Shown piece by piece: positions 28,507-42,754 of a stretch of DNA of 64,000 bases (its first letter is position 1; every line of letters starts with the position of its first letter). The notes under the pieces are model-generated. The model was not told the origin of the DNA. It made no database searches and was given only the letters and a program-made list of their open reading frames with translations. Both the position numbers and the translations under genes were made by a program. Origin of the DNA: the human T2T-CHM13v2.0 reference genome, Homo sapiens; assembly GCF_009914755.1 (NCBI RefSeq), contig NC_060948.1. The stretch is one strand, 5' to 3'.

Positions 28507-31500
28507 CCTGGAATAAAGTGGAATGCTACGGTCTCGAATGGAATAAAAATGTATGGAATGGAATGCAATGAAACGGAATCGAATGTCATAGAATGTAATG
28601 GAATGCAAAAAAATGGAATCCAAAATCATTGACTGGAAAGGCTGGGTGTCGAAAGGAATTGACTCCAATGGAATGGAATCGAATGGAATGGAAGTGAATA
28701 GAATCGAACTAAATCGAATGGAATGGAATTGATAGGAACGGAATGGAAAGGAATACAATGAATTGGTATGGAATGGAATCGAATGGCATCGAATGGAATG
28801 GAATGGAATGCAATGGAATGGAATGTATTAGAATGTAATGAACTTTAATGGAATGTACTCGAATGGATTCGACTGGAATGGAATGTTCTGGAAGTGAATG
28901 GACTCCAATGGAATGGATTCAAAAGGAATGGAATCGTACGGAATGGAATCTAATGGAATGGAATTAAATGGAAATGAATCAAATTGAATAGCACGGAATT
29001 GAATTGAATGGAATGGAATGCAATGGAATCTAATGAAACGGAAAGGAAAGGAATGGAATGGAATGGAATGGGCTGGAATGGAAAGGAATCGAAACGAATG
29101 GAATGGAATCGAACTGAAGAGACTGGAATGGAATGCACTGGAATGGAAGAGAGTGTAATGGAATGTTCTCGAAAAAAATGGAATCGAATGGAATGGAATT
29201 GAATGGAACGGAATAGAGTCGAATGGAATTGAATGGAATGGAATGGACTAGAGTGAAATGGAATCGAACCACAAGGAATGGACAGGAATAGAATGGTCTC
29301 GAATTGAATGGAATCGTATGGAATGGCATCAAACGGAATGGAATGGACAGCCACGGAATGGAATGCACTCGAATGCAATGGAGTCGAAACTAATGGACTG
29401 GAATAGAATGGACTCGACTGGTACGGACTCCAATGGAATGGAATCGAATGGAAGGGAATCGAACGGAATGGACTCGAAGGGAAAAGACTGCAATGGAAAG
29501 GTCTCGAATGGAATGGAAATTAATGGAATGGAATGGAATCGAATGAAATGGAGTCAAAAGGAATGGAATCGAATGGCAAGAAATCGAATGTAATGGAATC
29601 ACAAGGAATTGATGTGAACGGAACGGAATGGAATGGAATCCAAAGGAATGGAATAGAATGGAATGGAATCGAATGGAAAGGACTCGAATGGAAATCACTC
29701 GAATAGAATGCAATTTAATAAAATAGGATCAAATGTAATGGAATGGAATGGAAAGGAATCGAAACGAAAGGAATGGAGACAGATGGAATGGAATGGAACA
29801 GAGAGCAATGGTATAGAATGGAATGGAATCATCTGGAATGGAATTGAATGGAATGGAATAATATGAAATGGAATGGAATGGAATGGAATGGAATGCCCTT
29901 GAATTAAATGGACTGGAATGGAATGGACTCGAACAGAGTGGAATGGAAAGTGTTGAGATAGAATGGAATGGACTCCTTTGGAATGGTCTAGTATGCAATG
30001 CAATCGACTGGCAGGGAATCAAAAGGAATGTAATGGAATGGATTGGACTGGAATGCAATGGACTCGAATAGATTGGAAACGGAATGCAAAGGAATGGAAT
30101 GGAATAGTATGGAATGGAATGGAAAGGAATGGAGTGGAATAGACTAGAGTGGAATGGAATGGACTGGAAAGCAATGGACTGGAATGGAACTTTCTTGAAT
30201 GGACTGGAATCAAACGGAATGGAATGCAATGCAATCAAATGGCATGGAATAAAATAGAATGAAAGAGAATCAAATGGAATTGAATCGAATGGAATCGAAT
30301 GGATTGGAAAGGAATAGAATGGAATGGAATGGAATTGACTCAAATGGAATGGACTAGAATGGAATGGATTCGAATGGAAGGCAAAGGAATGGAATCTATT
30401 GGAATGGACTGTAATGGAATGGAATGGAAGGGATTGGAATGGACTCGAATGGAATGGACTGCAATAGAAAGGATTCGAATGGAATGAAAAAGAATTGAAT
30501 GGAATAGAACAGAATGGAATCAAATCGAATGAAATGGAATGGAATAGAAAGGAATGGAATGAAATGGAATGGAAAGGATTCGAATGGAATGCAATCGAAT
30601 GGAATGGAATCGAACGGAATGGAATAAAATGGAAGAAAACTGGCAAGAAATGGAATCGAAATGAATGGAGTGTTATGGAACGGACTCAAAAGGAATTGAA
30701 TGTAATAGAATGGAGTGGAGTGGACTCGAATATAATGGACTGGAATGGAATGAAATCACATGGAATGGGAACGAATGGAATGGAATGGAAAGGAATGGAA
30801 TCGAATGGAAAGGAATCGAATGGAAGGGAATGAAATTGAATCAACAGGAATGGAAGGGAATAGAATAGACGGTAATGGAATGGACTCGAATAGAATGGAC
30901 ACGAATGCTCAAATTGAATGGACTCCAATGGAATGGAAACGAAAGGAATGTCATCGAATAGAATTGAATCGACTGGAATGAAATCGCAAGAATGGAGTGG
31001 AATCAAATGGAATTGAATCGAAAGGAAAGGAAGCGAATGGACTGAAATGAAATGGAATGGAATTGAATGGAAAGTAATGCAATGGAATAGAATGGAACGA
31101 AATTTCACGGAATGGAATCAAACTGAAAGGAATCAAATCAATGGAATCTAATCAAATGGAATGGAAAGGATTTGAATGGAGTAGATTGGATTGGATGGGA
31201 TTGGAGTGAAATGTACTGGAAAGGACTCGAATTTCATGAAACGGAATGGAATGAATTGGAACGGAATGGACTCGAATGGAATGGAATGTCATGGAATGGC
31301 ATCAAATGGAATGGCATCAAATGGAATGGAATCGAATGCAATGGAATGCTATGGAATGGAATGGAATGCATTGGAATGGAATGTCCTCTAATGGAATGGA
31401 TTCGAGTGGAATGGAATCGAATATAATGGAGTCGAATGAAATGGAATTGAAAGGAATGGGATCGAATACAATGGAATATGCTGGAATGTAATGTTATGAA

Positions 31501-32069
31501 CTCGAATGTAATTGACTGGAATGGAATGTACATGAATGGAATGTAATCGAATGGAAAGTAATCCAATGGAATAGAATCTAATGCAATAAAATCGACTCAG
31601 ATAGAGTAGAATGTAATGGAATGGAGTGCAGTACAATGGAATGGAATGGAATGCAATGGAATGGAATGGAATGGAATGGAATGGAATGGAATGGGATGGA
31701 ATGGGATGGAATGGTATGGAATGGATAGTAATGGACTGGAGTGAAATGGACTGGAAAGGAATGGACTCAAATTGAAAGGGCTCGAAAGGAATGGAGTCAA
31801 ATGGAATGGTCTGGAATGGAATGAACACGAATGTAATGCAATCCAATAGAATGGAATCGAATGGCATGGAATATAAAGAAATGGAATCGAAGAGAATGGA
31901 AACAAATGGAATGGAATTGAATGGAATGGAATTGAATGGAATGGGAACGAATGGAGTGAAATTGTATGCAGTAGAAGGGAATAGAATGGAATGCAAGCGA
32001 AAGGAAAGGAATGGATTGGAATGGAATGGAATTCATTGGAATGGAAGGGAATGTAGTGTAATGGACAGG
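28507..32069 (+). repeat. DYZ1 unit 9 (3,563 bp)
   Basis: AGGCCT boundaries. Same 1-bp deletion, near 30988. Confidence 0.92.
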
Positions 32070-35000
32070 CCTGGAATAAAGTGGAATGCTACGGTCTCGA
32101 ATGGAATAAAAATGTATGGAATGGAATGCAATGAAACGGAATCGAATGTCATAGAATGTAATGGAATGCAAAAAAATGGAATCCAAAATCATTGACTGGA
32201 AAGGCTGGGTGTCGAAAGGAATTGACTCCAATGGTATGGAATCGAATGGAATGGAAGTGAATAGAATCGAACTAAATCGAATGGAATGGAATTGATAGGA
32301 ACGGAATGGAAAGGAATGCAATGAATTGGCATGGAATGGAATCGAATGGCATCGAATGGAATGGAATGGAATGCAATGGAATGGAATGTATTAGAATGTA
32401 ATGAACTTTAATGGAATGTACTCGAATGGATTCGACTGGAATGGAATGTTCTGGAAGTGAATGGACTCCAATGGAATGGATTCAAAAGGAATGGAATCGT
32501 ACGGAATGGAATCTAATGGAATGGAATTAAATGGAAATGAATCAAATTGAATAGCACGGAATTGAATTGAATGGAATGGAATGCAATGGAATCTAATGAA
32601 ACGGAAAGGAAAGGAATGGAATGGAATGGAATGGGCTGGAATGGAAAGGAATCGAAACGAATGGAATGGAATCGAACTGAAGAGACTGGAATGGAATGCA
32701 CTGGAATGGAAGGGAGTGTAATGGAAGGTTCTCGAAAAAAATGGAATCGAATGGAATGGAATTGAATGGAACGGAATAGAGTCGAATGGAATTGAATGGA
32801 ATGGAATGGACTAGAGTGAAATGGAATCGAACCACAAGGAATGGACAGGAATAGAATGGTCTCGAATTGAATGGAATCGTATGGAATGGCATCAAACGGA
32901 ATGGAATGGACAGCCACGGAATGGAATGCACTCGAATGCAATGGAGTCGAAACTAATGGACTGGAATAGAATGGACTCGACTGGTACGGACTCCAATGGA
33001 ATGGAATCGAATGGAAGGGAATCGAACGGAATGGACTCGAAGGGAAAAGACTGCAATGGAAAGGTCTCGAATGGAATGGAAATTAATGGAATGGAATGGA
33101 ATCGAATGAAATGGAGTCAAAAGGAATGGAATCGAATGGCAAGAAATCGAATGTAATGGAATCGCAAGGAATTGATGTGAACGGAACGGAATGGAATGGA
33201 ATCCAAAGGAATGGAATAGAATGGAATGGAATCGAATGGAAAGGACTCGAATGGAAATCACTGGAATAGAATGCAATTTAATAAAATAGGATCAAATGTA
33301 ATGGAATGGAATGGAAAGGAATCGAAACGAAAGGAATGGAGACAGATGGAATGGAATGGAACAGAGTGCAATGGTATAGAATGGAATGGAATCATCTGGA
33401 ATGGAATTGAATGGAATGGAATAATATGAAATGGAATGGAATGGAATGGAATGGAATGCCCTTGAATTAAATGGACTGGAATGGAATGGACTCGAACAGA
33501 GTGGAATGGAAAGTGTTGAGATAGAATGGAATGGACTCCTTTGGAATGGTGTAGTATGCAATGCAATCGACTGGCAGGGAATCAAAAGGAATGTAATGGA
33601 ATGGATTGGACTGGAATGCAATGGACTCGAATAGATTGGAAACGGAATGCAAAGGAATGGAATGGAATAGTATGGAATGGAATGGAAAGGAATGGAGTGG
33701 AATAGACTAGAGTGGAATGGAATGGACTGGAAAGCAATGGACTGGAATGGAACTTTCTTGAATGGACTGGAATCAAACGGAATGGAATGCAATGCAATCA
33801 AATGGCATGGAATAAAATAGAATGAAAGAGAATCAAATGGAATTGAATCGAATGGAATCGAATGGATTGGAAAGGAATAGAATGGAATGGAATGGAATTG
33901 ACTCAAATGGAATGGACTAGAATGGAATGGATTCGAATGGAAGGCAAAGGAATGGAATCTATTGGAATGGACTGTAATGGAATGGAATGGAAGGGATTGG
34001 AATGGACTCGAATGGAATGGACTGCAATAGAAAGGATTCGAATGGAATGAAAAAGAATTGAATGGAATAGAACAGAATGGAATCAAATCGAATGAAATGG
34101 AATGGAATAGAAAGGAATGGAATAAAATGGAATGGAAAGGATTCGAATGGAATGCAATCGAATGGAATGGAATCGAACGGAATGGAATAAAATGGAAGAA
34201 AACTGGCAAGAAATGGAATCGAAATGAATGGAGTGTTATGGAACGGACTCAAAAGGAATTGAATGTAATAGAATGGAGTGGAGTGGACTCGAATATAATG
34301 GACTGGAATGGAATGAAATCACAAGGAATGGGAACGAATGGAATGGAATGGAAAGGAATGGAATCGAATGGAAAGGAATCGAATGGAAGGGAATGAAATT
34401 GAATCAACAGGAATGGAAGGGAATAGAATAGACGGTAATGGAATGGACTCGAATAGAATGGACACGAATGCTCAAATTGAATGGACTCGAATGGAATGGA
34501 AACGAAAGGAATGTCATCGAATGGAATTGAATGGATTGGAATGAAATCGCATAGAATGGAGTGGAATCAAATGGAATTGAATCGAAAGGAAAGGAAGCGA
34601 ATGGACTGAAATGAAATGGAATGGAATTGAATGGAAAGTAATGCAATGGAATAGAATGGAACGAAATTTCACGGAATGGAATCAAACTGAATGGAATCAA
34701 ATCAATGGAATCAAATCAAATGGAATGGAAAGGAATTGAATGGAGTAGATTGGATTGGATGGGATTGGAATGAAATGTACTGGAAAGGACTCGAATTTCA
34801 TGAAACGGAATGGAATGAATTGGAACGGAATGGACTCGAATGGAATGGAATGTCATGGAATGGCATCAAATGGAATGGCATCAAATGGAATGGAATCGAA
34901 TGCAATGGAATGCTATGGAATGAAATGGAATGCATTGGAATGGAATGTCCTCTAATGGAATGGATTCGAGTGGAATGGAATCGAATATAATGGAGTCGAA

Positions 35001-35643
35001 TGAAATGGAATTGAAAGGAGTGGGATCGAATACAATGGAATATACTGGAATGTAATGTAATGAACTCGAATGTAATTGACTGGAATGGAATGTACATGAA
35101 TGGAATGTAATCGAATGGAAAGTAATCCAATGGAATAGAATCTAATGCAATAAAACCGACTCAGATAGAGTAGAATGTAATGGAATGGAGTGCAGTGCAA
35201 TGGAATGGAATGGAATGGAATGCAATGGAATGGAATGGAATGGAATGGAATGGAATGGGATGGAATGGAATGGAATGGGATGGAATGGGATGGAATGGAT
35301 AGTAATGGACTGGAGTGAAATGGACTGGAAAGGAATGGACTCAAATTGAAAGGGCTCGAAAGGAATGGAGTCAAATGGAATGGTCTGGAATGGAATGAAC
35401 ACGAATGTAATGCAATCCAATAGAATGGAATCGAATGGCATGGAATATAAAGAAATGGAATCGAAGAGAATGGAAACAAATGGAATGGAATTGAATGGAA
35501 TGGAATTGAATGGAATGGGAACGAATGGAGTGAAATTGTATGCAGTAGAAGGGAATAGAATGGAATGCAAGCGAAAGGAAAGGAATGGATTGGAATGGAA
35601 TGGAATTCATTGGAATGGAAGGGAATGTAGTGTAATGGACAGG
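32070..35643 (+). repeat. DYZ1 unit 10 (3,574 bp)
   Basis: AGGCCT boundaries. Confidence 0.92.
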
Positions 35644-38600
35644 CCTGGAATAAAGTGGAATGCTATGGTCTCGAATGGAATAAAAATGTATGGAATGGAA
35701 TGTAATGAAACGGAATCGAATGTCATAGAATGTAATGGAATGCAAAAAAATGGAATCCAAAATCATTGACTGGAAAGGCTGGGTGTCGAAAGGAATTGAC
35801 TCCAATGGTATGGAATCGAATGGAATGGAAGTGAATAGAATCGAACTAAATCGAATGGAATGGAATTGATAGGAACGGAATGGAAAGGAATGCAATGAAT
35901 TGGCATGGAATGGAATCGAATGGCATCGAATGGAATGGAATGGAATGCAATGGAATGGAATGTATTAGAATGTAATGAACTTTAATGGAATGTACTCGAA
36001 TGGATTCGACTGGAATGGAATGTTCTGGAAGTGAATGGACTCCAATGGAATGGATTCAAAAGGAATGGAATCGTACGGAATGGAATCTAATGGAATGGAA
36101 TTAAATGGAAATGAATCAAATTGAATAGCACGGAATTGAATTGAATGGAATGGAATGCAATGGAATCTAATGAAACGGAAAGGAAAGGAATGGAATGGAA
36201 TGGAATGGGCTGGAATGGAAAGGAATCGAAACGAATGGAATGGAATCGAACTGAAGAGACTGGAATGGAATGCACTGGAATGGAAGGGAGTGTAATGGAA
36301 GGTTGTCGAAAAAAATGGAATCGAATGGAATGGAATTGAATGGAACGGAATAGAGTCGAATGGAATTGAATGGAATGGAATGGACTAGAGTGAAATGGAA
36401 TCGAACCAGAAGGAATGGACAGGAATAGAATGGTCTCGAATTGAATGGAATCGTATGGAATGGCATCAAACGGAATGGAATGGACAGCCACGGAATGGAA
36501 TGCACTCGAATGCAATGGAGTCGAAACGTCGAAACTAATGGACTGGAATAGAATGGACTCGACTGGTACGGACTCCAATGGAATGGAATCGAATGGAAGG
36601 GAATCGAACGGAATGGACTCGAAGGGAAAAGACTGCAATGGAAAGGTCTCGAATGGAATGGAAATTAATGGAATGGAATGGAATCGAATGAAAAGGAGTC
36701 AAAAGGAATGGAATCGAATGGCAAGAAATCGAATGTAATGGAATCGCAAGGAATTGATGTGAACGGAACGGAATGGAATGGAATCCAAAGGAATGGAATA
36801 GAATGGAATGGAATCGAATGGAAAGGACTCGAATGGAAATCACTCGAATAGAATGCAATTTAATAAAATAGGATCAAATGTAATGGAACGGAATGGAAAG
36901 GAATCGAAACGAAAGGAATGGAGACAGATGGAATGGAATGGAACAGAGAGCAATGGTATAGAATGGAATGGAATCATCTGGAATGGAATTGAATGGAATG
37001 GAATAATATGAAATGGAATGGAATGGAATGGAATGGAATGCCCTTGAATTAAATGGACTGGAATGGAATGGACTCGAACAGAGTGGAATGGAAAGTGTTG
37101 AGATAGAATGGAATGGACTCCTTTGGAATGGTGTAGTATGCAATGCAATCGACTGGCAGGGAATCAAAAGGAATGTAATGGAATGGATTGGACTGGAATG
37201 CAATGGACTCGAATAGATTGGAAACGGAATGCAAAGGAATGGAATGGAATAGTATGGAATGGAATGGAAAGGAATGGAGTGGAATAGACTAGAGTGGAAT
37301 GGAATGGACTGGAAAGCAATGGACTGGAATGGAACTTTCTTGAATGGACTGGAATCAAACGGAATGGAATGCAATGCAATCAAATGGCATGGAATAAAAT
37401 AGAATGAAAGAGAATCAAATGGAATTGAATCGAATGGAATCGAATGGATTGGAAAGGAATAGAATGGAATGGAATGGAATGGACTAGAATGGAATGGATT
37501 CGAATGGAAGGCAAAGGAATGGAATCTATTGGAATGGACTGTAATGGAATGGAATGGAAGGGATTGGAATGGACTCGAATGGAATGGACTGCAATAGAAA
37601 GGATTCGAATGGAATGAAAAAGAATTGAATGGAATAGAACAGAATGGAATCAAATCGAATGAAATGGAATGGAATAGAAAGGAATGGAATGAAATGGAAT
37701 GGAAAGGATTCGAATGGAATGCAATCGAATGGAATGGAATCGAACGGAATGGAATAAAATGGAAGAAAACTGGCAAGAAATGGAATCGAAATGAATGGAG
37801 TGTTATGGAACGGACTCAAAAGGAATTGAATGTAATAGAATGGAGTGGAGTGGACTCGAATATAATGGACTGGAATGGAATGAAATCACATGGAATGGGA
37901 ACGAATGGAATGGAATGGAAAGGAATGGAATCGAATGGAAAGGAATCGAATGGAAGGGAATGCAATTGAATCAACAGGAATGGAAGGGAATAGAATAGAC
38001 GGTAATGGAATGGACTCGAATAGAATGGACACGAATGCTCAAATTGAATGGACTCGAATGGAATGGAAACGAAAGGAATGTCATCGAATGGAATTGAATC
38101 GATTGGAATGAAATCGCATAGAATGGAGTGGAATCAAATGGAATTGAATCGAAAGGAAAGGAAGCGAATGGACTGAAATGAAATGGAATGGAATTGAATG
38201 GAAAGTAATGCAATGGAATAGAATGGAACGAAATTTCACGGAATGGAATCAAACTGAATGGAATCAAATCAATGGAATCAAATCAAATGGAATGGAAAGG
38301 AATTGAATGGAGTAGATTGGATTGGATGGGATTGGAATGAAATGTACTGGAAAGGACTCGAATTTCGTGAAACGGAATGGAATGAATTAGAACGGAATGG
38401 ACTCGAATGTAATGGAATGTCATGGAATGGCATCAAATGGAATGGCATCAAATGGAATGGAATAGAATGCAATGGAATGCTAAGGAATGGAATGGAATGC
38501 ATTGGAATGGAATGTCCTCTAATGGAATGGATTCGAGTGGAATGGAATCGAATATAATGGAGTCGAATGAAATGGAATTGGAAGGAATGGGATCGAATAC

Positions 38601-39200
38601 AATGGAATATACTGGAATGTAATGTAATGAACTCGAATGTAATTGACTGGAATGGAATGTACATGAATGGAATGTAATCGAATGGAAAGTAATCCAATGG
38701 AATAGAATCTAATGCAATAAAATCGACTCAGATAGAGTAGAATGTAATGGAATGGAGTGCAGTGCAATGGAATGGAATGGAATGGAATGCAATGGAATGG
38801 AATGGAATGGAATGGAATGGAATGGAATGGAATGGGATGGAATGGTATGGAATGGACAGTAATGGACTGGAGTGAAATGGACTGGAAAGGAATGGACTCA
38901 AATTGAAAGGGCTCGAAAGGAATAGAGACAAATGGAATGGTCTGGAATGGAATGAACACGAATGTAATGCAATCCAATAGAATGGAATCGAATGGCATGG
39001 AATATAAAGAAATGGAATCGAAGAGAATGGAAACAAATGGAATGGAATTGAATGGAATGGAATTGAATGGAATGGGAACGAATGGAGTGAAATTGTATGC
39101 AGTAGAAGGGAATAGAATGGAATGCAAGCGAAAGGAAAGGAATGGATTAGAATGGAATGGAATTCATTGGAATGGAAGGGAATGTAGTGTAATGGACAGG
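35644..39200 (+). repeat. DYZ1 unit 11 (3,557 bp)
   Basis: AGGCCT boundaries. 8-bp duplication at 36520-36535 and 15-bp deletion near 37480. Confidence 0.92.
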
Positions 39201-42200
39201 CCTGGAATAAAGTGGAATGCTACGGTCTCGAATGGAATAAAAATGTATGGAATGGAATGCAATGAAACGGAATCGAATGTCATAGAATGTAATGGAATGC
39301 AACAAAATGGAATCCAAAATCATTGACTGGAAAGGCTGGGTGTCGAAAGGAATTGACTCCAATGGAATGGAATCGAATGGAATGGAAGTGAATAGAATCG
39401 AACTAAATCGAATGGAATGGAATTGATAGGAACGGAATGGAAAGGAATGCAATGATTTGGCATGGAATGGAATCGAATGGCATCGAATGGAATGGAATGG
39501 AATGCAATGGAATGGAATGTATTAGAATGTAATGAACTTTAATGGAATGTACTCGAATGGATTCGACTGGAATGGAATGTTCTGGAAGTGAATGGACTCC
39601 AATGGAATGGATTCAAAAGGAATGGAATCGTACGGAATGGAATCCAATGGGATGGAATTAAATGGAAATGAATCAAATTGAATAGCACGGAATTGAATTG
39701 AATGGAATGGAATGCAATGGAATCTAATGAAACGGAAAGGAAAGGAATGGAATGGAATGGAATGGGCTGGAATGGAAAGGAATCGAAACGAATGGAATGG
39801 AATCGAACTGAAGAGACTGGAATGGAATGCACTGGAATGGAAGGGAGTGTAATGGAAGGTTCTCGAAAAAAATGGAATCGAATGGAATGGAATTGAATGG
39901 AACGGAATAGAGTCGAATGGAATTGAATGGAATGGAATGGACTAGAGTGAAATGGAATCGAACCACAAGGAATGGACAGGAATAGAATGGTCTCGAATTG
40001 AATGGGATCGTATGGAATGGCATCAAACGGAATGGAATGGACAGCCACGGAATGGAATGCACTCGAATGCAATGGAGTCGAAACTAATGGACTGGAATAG
40101 AATGGACTCGACTGGTACGGACTCCAATGGAATGGAATCGAATGGAAGGGAATCGAACGGAATGGACTCGAAGGGAAAAGACTGCAATGGAAAGGTCTCG
40201 AATGGAATGGAAATTAATGGAATGGAATGGAATCGAATGAAATGGAGTCAAAAGGAATGGAATCGAATGGCAAGAAATCGAATGTAATGGAATCGCAAGG
40301 AATTGATGTGAACGGAACGGAATGGAATGGAATCCAAAGGAATGGAATAGAATGGAATGGAATCGAATGGAAAGGACTCGAATGGAAATCACTGGAATAG
40401 AATGCAATTTAATAAAATAGGATCAAATGTAATGGAATGGAATGGAAAGGAATCGAAATGAAAGGAATGGAGACAGATGGAATGGAATGGAACAGAGAGC
40501 AATGGTATAGAATGGAATGGAATCATCTGGAATGGAATTGAATGGAATGGAATAATATGAAATGGAATGGAATGGAATGGAATGGAATGGAATGCCCTTG
40601 AATTAAATGGACTGGACTCGAACAGAGTGGAATGGAAAGTGTTGAGATAGAATGGAATGGACTCCTTTGGAATGGTGTAGTATGCAATGCCATCGACTGG
40701 CATGGAATCAAAAGGAATGTAATGGAATGGATTGGACTGGAATGCAATGGACTCGAATAGATTGCAAACGGAATGCAAAGGAATGGAATGGAATAGTATG
40801 GAATGGAATGGAAAGGAATGGAGTGGAATAGACTAGAGTGGAATGGAATGGACTGGAAAGCAATGGACTGGAATGGAACTTTCTTGAATGGACTGGAATC
40901 AAACGGAATGGAATGCAATGCAATCAAATGGCATGGAATAAAATAGAATGAAAGAGAATCAAATGGAATTGAATCGAATGGAATCGAATGGATTGGAAAG
41001 GAATAGAATGGAATGGAATGGAATTGACTCAAATGGAATGGACTAGAATGGAATGGATTCGAACGGAAGGCAAAGGAATGGAATCTATTGGAATGGACTG
41101 TAATGGAATGGAATGGAAGGGATTGGAATGGACTCGAATGGAATGGACTGCAATAGAAAGGATTCGAATGGAATGAAAAAGAATTGAATGGAATAGAACA
41201 GAATGGAATCAAATCGAATGAAATGGAATGGAATAGAAAGGAATGGAATGAAATGGAATGGAAAGGATTCGAATGGAATGCAATCGAATGGAATGGAATC
41301 GAACGGAATGGAATAAAATGGAAGAAAACTGGCAAGAAATGGAATCGAAAGGAATGGAGTGTTATGGAACGGACTCAAAAGGAATTGAATGTAATAGAAT
41401 GGAGTGGAGTGGACTCGAATATAATGGACTGGAATGGAATGAAATCACATGGAATGGGAACGAATGGAATGGAATGGAAAGGAATGGAATCGAATGGAAA
41501 GGAATCGAATGGAAGGGAATGAAATTGAATCAACAGGAATGGAAGGGAATAGAATAGACGGTAATGGAATGGACTCGAATAGAATGGACACGAATGCTCA
41601 AATTGAATGGACTCGAATGGAATGGAAACGAAAGGAATGTCATCGAATGGAATTGAATCGATTGGAATGAAATCGCATAGAATGGAGTGGAATCAAATGG
41701 AATTGAATCGAAAGGAAAGGAAGCGAATGGACTGAAATGAAATGGAATGGAATTGAATGGAAAGTAATGCAATGGAATAGAATGGAACGAAATTTCACGG
41801 AATGGAATCAAACTGAATGGAATCAAATCAATGGAATCAAATCAAATGGAATGGAAAGGAATTGAATGGAGTAGATTGGATTGGATTGGATTGGAATGAA
41901 ATGTACTGGAAAGGACTCGAATTTCATGAAACGGAATGGAATGAATTGGAACGGAATGGACTCGAATGGAATGGAATGTCATGGAATGGCATCAAATGGA
42001 ATGGCATCAAATGGAATGGAATCGAATGCAATGGAATGCTATGGAATGGAATGGAATGCATTGGAATGGAATGTCCTCTAATGGAATGGATTCGAGTGGA
42101 ATGGAATCGAATATAATGGAGTCGAATGAAATGGAATTGAAAGGAATGGGATCGAATACAATGGAATATACTGGAATGTAATGTAATGAACTCGAATGTA

Positions 42201-42754
42201 ATTGACTGGAATGGAATGTACATGAATGGAATGTAATCGAATGGAAAGTAATCCAATGGAATAGAATCTAATGCAATAAAACCGACTCAGATAGAGTAGA
42301 ATGTAATGGAATGGAGTGCAGTGCAATGGAAGGGAATGGAATTGAATGCAATGGAATGGAATGGAATGGAATGGAATGGAATGGAATGGGATGGAATGGG
42401 ATGGAATGGATAGTAATGGACTGGAGTGAAATGGACTGGAAAGGAATGGACTCAAATTGAAAGGGCTCGAAAGGAATGGAGTCAAATGGAATGGTCTGGA
42501 ATGGAATGAACACGAATGTAATGCAATCCAATAGAATGGAATCGAATGGCATGGAATATAAAGAAATGGAATCGAAGAGAATGGAAACAAATGGAATGGA
42601 ATTGAATGGAATGGAATTGAATGGAATGGGAACGAATGGAGTGAAATTGTATGCAGTAGAAGGGAATAGAATGGAATGCAAGCGAAAGGAAAGGAATGGA
42701 TTGGAATGGAATGGAATTCATTGGAATGGAAGGGAATGTAGTGTAATGGACAGG
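39201..42754 (+). repeat. DYZ1 unit 12 (3,554 bp)
   Basis: AGGCCT boundaries. 10-bp deletion near 40615. Confidence 0.92.
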
